NCBI GenBank assembly: GCA_013265495.1
Contig: MU057733.1
Span: 62,001-126,000, forward strand
DNA: 64,000 nt
Direction: 5' to 3'
From: Vicugna vicugna
Taxonomy: Eukaryota
Part shown: in pieces, positions 1-9,830 of the stretch
Numbering within the stretch: the first letter of the stretch is position 1
How the letters are laid out: each line of letters opens with the position of its first letter
Made by a program: the position numbers and the translations under genes
Notes under the pieces: model-generated
Database searches by the model: none
What the model was told of the DNA's origin: nothing
Seen by the model: the letters and a program-made list of their open reading frames with translations, nothing else

Positions 1-2133
1 AGACATTTTTCATGAGTCATGATGGCACCTCCTCTCAATAAAAACAATGTTTTATGGGTTGTATAATTATTCAGTAATCAATTACACAAAATCATCTTCC
101 CAAGAGTAGGCTGCAAACAAAACTACCCATGTTAAGTTACTAGCCCCAGTCACAAAGACCTCAGATTAAAAAAGGCAATCTCCCTCAGGTGTCCTTTTTG
201 TTCCTTTTTCCCTGGTTCTAAGTTTTCAGAATGGAGTATATTAAATGCTAAACTCGCATGAAGAGATGGAAGCAAATTCTTTAAAACATGAAGTGGAGAA
301 TCATTTTTTACTCAAATTTTGAGGCTTTTACTTAGTTTTATCGATTAAAAAGGGGACAAGGATGTTTGTCCCTTTAGATTAACAGGAGCTATGCAGAAGT
401 ATTTCAGATTAATGAAACAACAGTTAAGAACTCACATGCCTAAAACTCATTTGAATGAATTCCAAAACCTATCAAGGTATGTAAATATTAATATGCAAAT
501 GAGAAAAACCAAGGCTCAGAAGTTAAGTTGTTCAAAACCAGTCACTAGTTGGTGGAATGAAGTTCAAACCAAGGGCTTCCTCTACTAGTTTCTCCTCGGT
601 ACAGAACAGTACATTGGTTCAAAATTATCTAAACCTTTAAAAATATTTTGTTTGTAATGCAAAGTACTCAATATGAAACGGTTCTCATAACCCTATTAAA
701 GAGCTTATCGTGCTAACTTCATCTGCTCCTTCATTTGTTAAAGAAAAATAACACACTTTACTTCAAATGGCACTAAGTGAAGCACAATTGTTTCATATCA
801 TTTCTTTACAAACTAAGTTAACTTTAAGCGAAATAATGTCAATGATGATAAATGCATTTCATTCTTTATTTAATGTTTAAGCTCTCGCACTAGATTTTTA
901 CAAGCTGGTGAACACTGACAAATTATTTCCCCCACAGAACTATAACCACATGTTCCCGGACAGTATAAATATATGGTTGAGCTAACGTTAATACACATCA
1001 CCATTTTATCAATTACATAATAAAACAAATTGTCAAGTATCCAAATATTAAGTTACACAGCTCAAAAGGCATATAAAATATTAAATGTCTGCTCAATTCA
1101 TTAGCAGAAACCCTTTTTTTTTTTGCAAGAGACTGGGAATCATACTTCAAACAAAAATAAGTTGGTAAACAACTTCAGATTAAGTATGAAAAAAAATTAC
1201 AAGAATTTCAGAAATTTTATGATTAAGAATTGTTTTAGCTACAATAACAAAGTATTTCTACCTTTTAAAAAAATATTTACTAAATTAAAGCGCATATTCT
1301 ACATGTTCTGCACAAGACAAAGGCAACATTTTACTAAAAATACTTAATCGCCCCCTCCCATTCTTTTTTCAGGCCCTCCCTGTAAGTTGCACCCCAAAGT
1401 GCAAACGTTAAAATTAACTGTAAGGCTTTTTCGTCTGGATACATTAAAGACATGTGCTTCTGTACAATGTAGATTTTCAAAACGGAGGTTTTCCTTAACA
1501 GCACAAAATGAGATTCATAGAAAGACATTAAATAATCACTGTTAAGACTTGGTTAATAAAAAGAAAAAAAAAAGGAGCAAATCTGATGTATACTGGGATG
1601 ACGTGGGAGATGTAAACATACTGTGAGCAAATAACCACATAGGCCCTTACTTATGTTCTAAGTTTGAAATGATGGAAGGAATAAACCACGTAAGGTCCAG
1701 AGTTTTCATAGTTCCTGGGATTTTAGTTCTATATGATACTAAAAATATACAAGTATTGTGCTGGGTATTTTGGCACCTAATCTTTCTAAATTTCTTAAAT
1801 ATTGATAAGATTCTGGCATGGAAACATTTAAAGACATAACTGAATACTGCGTGATTTCAGGAAAGGTCAATTGGTACAAATGAACAAATGATAAGCACAT
1901 TTTAAATGCTAAACAGCAAGAATCTTTTGCTAAGTGTCCAAATCAGTTGATCATAACCCAAACATAGAGGCTGTAATTCTGCCAGGCTTGTGGTCTGGTA
2001 AAACTGCTTTTCAACACTCCTATGGAAGCTTCATTTGACTTATTCACCAAGCCAATGTGTTGGCTAGTATGTATGACAAATCCGGTCCTGTCTCAAGTTC
2101 CACTCCCAAGGCATGGCACCAGGCACCCCACTT
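1..2133 (-). other. PTP4A1: PTP4A1 3'UTR (AU-rich; probably continues beyond window start)
   Basis: Downstream of stop; minus-strand AATAAA at 865-870; several AUUUA pentamers; 3' end not determinable from sequence. Confidence 0.75.
490..580. mobile_element. MIR remnant in 3'UTR
   Basis: GAGAAAAACCAAGGCTCAGAAGTTAAGT resembles the MIR core. Confidence 0.55.
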
Positions 2134-2251
2134 CTACTGAATGCAACAGTTGTTTCTATGACCATTGGAGTCTTTGAAGCGCAGCCGCATTTTAGGACGA
2201 TACTTCTCCAAATACAAAAGCTGCTTGCTGTTAAAAGCTCCACGCCGCTTT
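2134..2251 (-). CDS. PTP4A1: PTP4A1 exon 6 coding part: polybasic region and CAAX box CCIQ, TAG stop
   Basis: CAG acceptor 2254-2252; [38 protein letters not shown]; exon sum 105+93+131+75+118=522 nt = 173 aa + stop. Confidence 0.98.
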
Positions 2252-2474
2252 CTGGAAGAAAACAAAACATCAAGTATTTAAAGCAAAGTTCCTCTAGCTT
2301 ATCACTTACTGTGCTATAGGAGGCAATCATCCTCTTACTTGTGGCAATTTATCTTTTGATTACTTCATGACTTAATGCAGAAATATGGACAGGCATCCAT
2401 GTGTAAATGGAAAAAGGACAGTAAGAAGTTAATTTTCTAAATCTTCTTTTGAGTGGTGGTTATAATAGTAAGAA

Positions 2475-2670
2475 CATATGAATACATTTATTTAAAGTCC
2501 AAAGACAAAAAATAATTTATAGTGATACAAATCACAAAGAGGTTGCCCCTGGTGGCTGGGAAGACTACAAAGAGCATAAGGGCACTTTCTGGAATGATTA
2601 AAATATTTTCCTCTACCTTTGAGACTCATGCATTTTATTGTCTACTAACTATACCTCAATAAAAAGGCAA
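2475..2670 (+). mobile_element. Old L1M 3' fragment in last intron
   Basis: L1M-like 3'UTR ending in TATACCTCAATAAAAA. Confidence 0.5.
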
Positions 2671-2932
2671 ACAAACAAGCAGCATGTTCAATCAAGAATT
2701 CAAAATAAAATCATTCACAGAATTATTACTGGACTAGAATCTCTGTAATATGAGCATCTATATGGAATGCAAATAAGGTTAAGACCTTTCCTAGTATTAA
2801 TACTATCTTAAAAATGAACAAAATGATCAGATAACCTGTTGGAAACAAACCGGTTTTCATAGTAATATATTAAATTCACTGATATTAAACAAGGAAATAA
2901 AAAGTACAAATGAAAAGTCATTAAATACATAC

Positions 2933-3007
2933 TGTCTTATAAACTGGACTGCATCTTCGTATTTCATTCCACCTTCGATTAATGCTAGGGCGACAAGCAC
3001 CGGAGCT
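2933..3007 (-). CDS. PTP4A1: PTP4A1 exon 5 ([25 protein letters not shown])
   Basis: CAG acceptor 3010-3008, GTATGT donor; 75 nt. Confidence 0.98.
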
Positions 3008-3981
3008 CTGGAAAGGTAAGAATTCTGCTAAGTCATTTTTTTCACTATCAAATCCTGGAAAATTCAATACTCCAAACATTCCTCAATTCACAAGCACTGT
3101 TATTTAGTATACTTATGTTAATATCTGTAGTGTTGGACTTCATGTTAAAAAAATTAAAGTATCAGTATTTACATATCAAACTCGGGTTTTAATGTAGAAC
3201 CAAAAAAAGAACTATGCTCTTAACTAATACAAATAGGTCTAGAAATTAATTCTATTAATGGAGAGCAATATTGAAAACATTTAGGGGAAAAGGGCCAATC
3301 TTGATAAACACAAAGTTTTTTCTAAATTCTAAGCAGTAAAAAATACTTTCCACTTAAAGATTTGTTTTTTAAGACATGAACTCTTCCTAAAGATCTTCTG
3401 GACAAATTGCCTTCTTTGTTTTATTATCAATGAGACTATGATACAGTTGCACCACCAACCTTCCCAGGGACAGTTTTTCATTTTACTCTTTTCCACTAGG
3501 ACTTTTTTTTTTTTGGCAGAGGCAGCAGAGGGTGGTGGCAGTGATTTACAAATATGGATATTTACGTTTTGGCACTACTAGGCAATGAGTTCCTACTGAA
3601 TCAGAATCTCCAGAATCAAGGATTCTATCAAAAATACGTCATATGCAATGCAAACCACCTTAGAGACAATTCATAATCCTTTTTTCCAAGGAGCTTGGAA
3701 ATTGACTCCAGTACAACATTGATACAACCTGGAACACAGAATTAGGTAAGTAATTCTACCCAGAATCAAGTATAAATTGCAACAATAGCACTCGTTAGTT
3801 CCAGCTGTACTGGGATATATTAATTACTCTGCTATATTCATCTACTTTAAAATTTAGCTCAGCAAGTAACCTAACAAAGCCAACTGATTTACAAACTGGT
3901 TAAGTCTTTACCAGAGTCAAAATCAAGTTTTTACTAGAATTAAGACCAATATCATTAAATGAATTTAAGAAATTCTCTTAC

Positions 3982-4112
3982 CTCCCAAGGCCTGCAACAC
4001 AATGGACAGCAATACAACAACCAGGGTCTTCACGAAACTTAATTTTCACAAGACTTAACCAATCATCAACAATCTGGTTAGACGGTGGTGCACCATCATC
4101 AAAGGGCCAATC
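3982..4112 (-). CDS. PTP4A1: PTP4A1 exon 4: WPFDD loop and catalytic HCVAGLGR motif (Cys104)
   Basis: TAG acceptor 4115-4113, GTAAGA donor; 131 nt; translates [44 protein letters not shown]. Confidence 0.98.
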
Positions 4113-4449
4113 CTAAATCAAAAGAGTATTTAAACATTCAAAATTTTCAATATGAACACCACATTAATAATTCTAACACCCAAATGTTTTCAAGAGCATT
4201 TTAACATATTTAAACATTTGTTTTATGAAACCCCACTGTCAAAGAAATGCAAATAACATGCTGGATCTTTATGAAGATTTTTTTTACTACTTCAAACTTT
4301 TGCTCAGCTTCCATCTTTCTTCAGAAATTAAGATACTGTATAATTTTGTAACTTTAAAAATTGAGCTTTTTGATTTGAAGTTGGTGGTTTACTTGAATAA
4401 ACTTTTGCAGCATGGTATTATAAACACAGAGGAACTATTAAGTACTTAC

Positions 4450-4542
4450 AAGAACATGGATGCCTTCTTTCTCCACAAGAGTAGTGTCATAAGTTGCTTC
4501 ACATACTCTCACTATCGTGGTAACTCCGTATTTCTTAAGTTC
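4450..4542 (-). CDS. PTP4A1: PTP4A1 exon 3, aa 36-66 [31 protein letters not shown] (redox Cys49)
   Basis: CAG acceptor 4545-4543, GTAAGT donor 4449-4444; 93 nt, in frame. Confidence 0.98.
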
Positions 4543-5728
4543 CTGGATAAAACATACATGAAAAAACAATGAAGGCTTCATAATCACATCACTATTGCTC
4601 ACCGCTTATCATTTAGATCATCTAACAGGTATTGCTGATTAAAAGAAAATCATGTATATTTAACAAAGAAGCAAGGTCTTGTTTTAAGTGACAATACTAG
4701 AATAGCACAAAAGCAAAGGGAATGCTAAACATCACATAATTTTAATAAATTAAGTTAAAAAAAAAAAAACCGAGGCCCTTCATATACTGAAGTTGTATGT
4801 AGTCATGGTAATACTGGCTAGATGAAGCACTAACAAGAGAATGAGAAGCAATTCAGGAACAAAGGTAAATACATAGAACCAAAGGAATCACACGTAATGT
4901 AAAGAAATATGACTTGACTTCCAGTAACTCTTTAAACTTTTGCTCATTTTAAGCACAGTGTAATTTAGAGTATTAAAAGCATTCAAAGACTCATCTCAAA
5001 AATACAATATAAAATCCCCACACACCACTTAAAACCACAGGTTTAAGAACCATAATGCATTATTACTAATTATAACCTCTTCCAGCATTTAAAAAGTAGA
5101 GAGATGATAAAAATAAAAGTATTTCTATGACCTAGGGGGCCTATGTGTTGTTTCTGATTATCTGTAGATATTTATAAAATGTGTATGCATTCAAATACTA
5201 TTCAGCATTACAGTCCTTCCTCACAGTCAAAAGAGTTAAGTAGTGAGTTTTTGCTATCTAGCAACCACCAGGGAAGAATTAACAGATTAGTAGCCAAAAA
5301 TTGGATACTAAGTGTCAGGTGGGGCTTAAGACGTACAGTAACTTTGGTTTATGGTGTAAGTCATTAGGCTGAGGGGATATATGAAAAACCACTAAGTAGA
5401 ACTTGCTCCTATAAAATTAATTTTCTATAAGACAATGAAGACCCATACTGTTACACTGCCCATATATAAATTTCAGCAAACCGTGAAGTGTTAAGAACTA
5501 GATATTAATTTTTTAGAAAGATACTAACTTTTAAATCTAACTCACTCAAGTATATGTTCTTCTCAAAATGCATAATTTACTCTAACCTAAAGAAGACACT
5601 GATTTTTTGGGGAGTTGAACCGTAGTCATACCACCTCAAAACCCTGAAAATTATATTCATTTTGTTAAATAAAAGCCCCACTATTCAACTGCAATCAGTT
5701 TAACACATTAAAAAGCACCAAAACTTAC

Positions 5729-5833
5729 CTCTATAAATTTGTTTAGGGTCGCATTAGTTGGATTGTGTGTAATAAGAAATCTCATGTTCTTGTATGTGAC
5801 TTCCACAGGAGCTGGGCGGTTCATTCGAGCCAT
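5729..5833 (-). CDS. PTP4A1: PTP4A1/PRL-1 coding exon 1 (gene exon 2), aa 1-35 [35 protein letters not shown]
   Basis: ATG at 5833-5831; translation matches the PRL-1 N-terminus; donor GAG|GTAAGT at 5729/5728; 105 nt. Confidence 0.98.
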
Positions 5834-6280
5834 GTTAATTTAGTTAAAAAACACTCAATTGGGTTATGAAAGAATTTTAAAAACTGAATACAGAAATGAT
5901 GCAAAGAAATTGAGTCTACTTCAATATACTCCACTTGAAATTCTCAGTGCTTTTGAGTATGAAGTTGGGACTAATGGAAAATGAAATGAACCTCCTAACA
6001 AGAAGCAGCAATTCTTCAATCCAGTAATACTGAGGCAATAAAAAGGAAGTGCACTGAGGTTTACCCCATCCAGGTCAGGACTCTTGTAAAAAATGCTCTC
6101 TGGATTTCAATGCAACACTTCTGGTGTTCAGGTTAACCACTCTTACGGGGGCTTCTTGGTGGAGTAGTAATCAATTTCCACAGTTCACTTGTCTGCATAG
6201 AGGTCGTGCTGTGCCTGGCAGTAATCTCCACTGCCCTTCAGAAACTCCATAAATGTGTGACCAAGAACACCACAGAACTG
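5834..6280 (-). other. PTP4A1: PTP4A1 exon 2 5'UTR part, containing uORFs
   Basis: Polypyrimidine tract followed by tandem CAGCAG acceptor at 6283-6278. Confidence 0.9.
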
Positions 6281-9200
6281 CTGTTTAAAAGAGAGATAAA
6301 AAAAGGTTTTTTTCCAATTCAAAAGCTTTTAGCTTTTACAGTATTTAAGTGAGCAACTATCTGTTCAAATCAGGGCTGAAGCCACCTTCACTTTTTCAAC
6401 TTTTTACTTGAACCACAAAAATATGAGGGTGATTAGATTAATATGCATGGATTAATAAGCATAAAACAAGCATTCAAAGATTAATTTAAATTACTGATCT
6501 AATACAAAGACCCCTTCAAAGAATACCACTATTGCATTTAGTGGATACTCCTTCTACACATTTTTCTATTAACTATTCCTTTGAGTATCTGGTTGTTTGC
6601 TTCACATTGTTATAAATTATTACATACAACTGTATATTGATTTTTCCAACTACCAAAATATTTTGACATATTACAAACTTCATAAATACCCTGATGCTGT
6701 TATTCTTCGCATAATTCACTTACTTCTCTAAAGACTTAACCAAAATATTGAGAGAAAAAACTGGTTTTCAAAATGCTTGCATATACACTACCTAATGTGA
6801 TCCTTAACCTATTAATTTATCATTCCCCTTTAACAGATACTCTTCATCTGATTCTCTGGAAGTTAAAAGATCTTTTATAACTATAAAAAAGATATTCATA
6901 ATTTTAATAAGTCTTTTGTATTTTAAAACCAAAATTTCACTTATCCAGTCTAGAACTAAAATCCAATTCAAACAAAAGGATGGAGGGAGGTGTTGTAAGC
7001 TACATTTCTTTCAAGGGTCTCAAAAGCAAGGTAACTACAACCAGTAAGTGAATATAGTTTTATTTTTCCGAAGTTCTCCTTAAAGAACTGAATCAGTTTT
7101 ATGCCAGTATCAAATACTAAATGAATACTCACAGAGTATTTTCAGAATATACACACAGAAAGCATTGATGTTGACGTTAAGCCTCCTCCCAAATAGTTTA
7201 TAAAAGAACTTGTGTAGACAGAAGTAAACAGAGGACTAGGAAATATCACTAGCAAGCCGACAAGAGCAGAAGTACCAGGCAATGCTCCTAACACTTTATA
7301 GGTAATCTCATGGACAAATTACCGAATAAAATCTAAAACATCCGAAGATTCCGTTAGCTGTCTAAGCTTAAATTTAAATTTAACCATTAAAAGGCTTAAA
7401 ATTGAATGTAAACTATTTGATTCTGTTTTCACTTTACGAGTCCCACACTAGTTACAGTTTCCAGAAAAACTCTGCTACATTTTTAGTAACAATTCATATG
7501 AAAATCTAGCTGATCACAGAAAACGAAGTCAAAATCCCAGCTCATTTTTCTGTCAAAACAAAGGAACTAGCCTCAGAAGTCATTTTTAAAATAGGTGTCC
7601 CATAAGGAAGATAATTTATTATTTCAAATTTGTTCAAATCTGCCCTCAAGAGGCTGTAACTTCATCTACTCGCTAGCTGGGTTAAAAAATTAGTGGCGAA
7701 ATTATCATTAAGGACTTCACTCTATTACAGTGAGATGGCAGTAACTGGGAGTAATTTCAATTATACTTTCACCTCAAATCCTAAATACTACTTCCTTAGG
7801 ATAAAAGGTAAATTCTGGCGGCTTTCCAGTGACAATGAAGAAAGTAATATGCAAAGCTGTTGAAGTCAGTAACTTATCTCAGTATTCTGATTTCCAGGCA
7901 CAAACTTTTTTCAGTTGAAAGCCGATCACACACCATTTCCATATTTAATAGCTAAAATCCCTGTTACAGCTGGGTCTGAGTCCCTTCAAGTACGCAGTTT
8001 CATCAGAAGCACAGAAAGCAACATACAAATAGTTCATCTTGTGAAATGCTTATTTTCACTGAGTGGAGTCACTCAGTGGCTGGAGAGGGTTGGGGGGACA
8101 GTTAGACGATGGATTTCTACCAAAGCAGAAGTAACCACTAATACCTAGTATCTTTCTGTTCTGCCCAAGACGTTCCCCAATTCCCAATTCCTTCTACCCT
8201 GGAAAAACTACCAACGACAGGCAGTTAGGAAATACCTAGGATTTTCCCCCCTCCCACTTATCTGTTGCATCTAATCACAATAACGAACACGGGGAGGAGG
8301 AGGATGGGGAGAGCAATTTCTGTGCAGAAGCTTAAGTCAGTTTGTCATATAGCAGAGTCAAGGCAATTAATCTGTATAACTGTTGCCAGTTTGCTGGAGT
8401 TCGTTCTGAATCTACTTGTATCTTAGACAACGCATCTGAATAAAACGCGTTAATACGCTTACTCTTGGGAATGACTAGCTTTGTGGTTTTCAACTTTTTA
8501 CTGCCATCAAACAAAATTCATATAAAAAGTAACAGGAAGCAGTGGCTCAGAATCTGGATCTTAAAAACAGGTCGACGGTCCCAACTACAGTGCAAATAAC
8601 TTAATTCACCTGGAATGGGAGAGGATTTCACAGAAGATAAACCTCAAAACTCTGGGTCTGGTGGGCCACTGTGCCACAAGCCAACAGGACGCAACAACGC
8701 ATTACACCAGGGGTTTCAGGAAGAGTCTTAACAATCCCGGATTAAAAGGCGCCACTAGGGCCATTACGAGGTCAGCAGGGAACGTGCACGCTACGGCCCA
8801 GCCGGGACCCCTTCGCTGCATGCAGCCTGGCCCGGCGGCTTCCGCCGGCTCAGACCCTGGCCGCTTCTTGCCGGACCCACCCCGGAGTAGGGACAAGACT
8901 GGACTTGTCCCGGTTGTCCAGAGCCGGCGCGAGGCACGCCAACGGGGCGGGGCGGGCGGCTCACCTGGCGAGGCCGCGCTGGGGCCCGGGTCACGGGTTC
9001 GCGCGGCGCCTTCAGTCGGGCGCCAGCGCTGAGGCCATTTTGTCCGATCTCCGGTCCCGGCCCCAGAGCGCACGGTTGCCGCACAGGCCCAGTCCCGCCG
9101 GCTCCACGCCGGAGAGCCGGGCCCAGACCGCGAGCAGCCGCCTCGCCCGCCCGCCCGCGCCGGCCGGGGTCTCGGGGCGCGCCCGCCGCAGTGACGCGCA

Positions 9201-9528
9201 GCCCGCGCCCCGCCCGGGCCACGTCCCCGCTCCCGGGGCCCCGTAGGCAAACAAAGGGGCCTCGGGGCGCCGGCCGGGCCTGCCGGGCGCCGGGGCGAGG
9301 CTGCGGTCACAAAGGCGCTTCTGTGTCGCCGCGCAGGCCGGCGCCCCGCCCGCTGACGGGGCTCCGCAGGGGAGGGAGCCGTGCCGCGGGCCTCCGCGCC
9401 CACCGGGACTGCCGGGACCCGAGCCGGGACGCGGGCGGGCGAGCGCCAGGCTCCGAACAAAGGCGGCGGCGAGGAGCGCGGGTACTCACAGGAATATGTC
9501 TACTCATTGAAGATTGTGGCCTAATCAT
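6185..9528 (-). CDS. Spliced peptide uORF join(9528..9490,6280..6185): MIRPQSSMSRHIPQFCGVLGHTFMEFLKGSGDYCQAQHDLYADK* (44 aa)
   Basis: 39+96 nt, in frame across intron 1; in-frame ATGs at 9528, 9507, 6250; TGA at 6187-6185; C-terminal part resembles the known PRL-family magnesium-sensitive uORF. Confidence 0.85.
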
Positions 9529-9705
9529 ACAGCCGGTCCCGAGGCGGCGGCGGCGGCAGGGCAGGGGTGGCGGTGGTCGTCGCGGGGCGGCGGCTTCGCG
9601 GGCGGCGGCAGAGACACTGGACTCGATCCTGCAGTGAGCGGCTCCGAGGAGAGCGCGCAGCCTCGCCGGCCCGCAGTCCAGGGAGCCAATACGCGCGCCG
9701 AAGCG
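9490..9705 (-). other. PTP4A1: PTP4A1 exon 1 (5' leader); TSS approximate
   Basis: Donor CCT|GTGAGT at 9490/9489; TATAAA about 30 nt upstream of the inferred start; inside CpG island. Confidence 0.85.
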
Positions 9706-9710
9706 CCCTT

Positions 9711-9830
9711 GCGTCACAAGCCCTGCCATTTATAGTGGGCGTGACGTCGGCGCCCCGGGAACCAATCACAGCCTGGACCCAGGCCAAGCGCCGACGAGCG
9801 GGGGCGGAGGCCCGCCCCACGGGCGTCACA
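9711..9830 (-). promoter_or_regulatory. Core/proximal promoter: TATA, CRE-like, CCAAT and GC boxes
   Basis: Minus TATAAA 9734-9729; TGACGTCG 9742-9749; CCAATCA 9762-9768; GGGGCGG/CCGCCCC around 9801-9818; CGTCA half-sites near 9712 and 9824. Confidence 0.8.

Noticed and set aside
4225..4572. 115-aa plus-strand ORF antisense to exon 3
   Set aside because: No homology recognised and no splice or promoter support.
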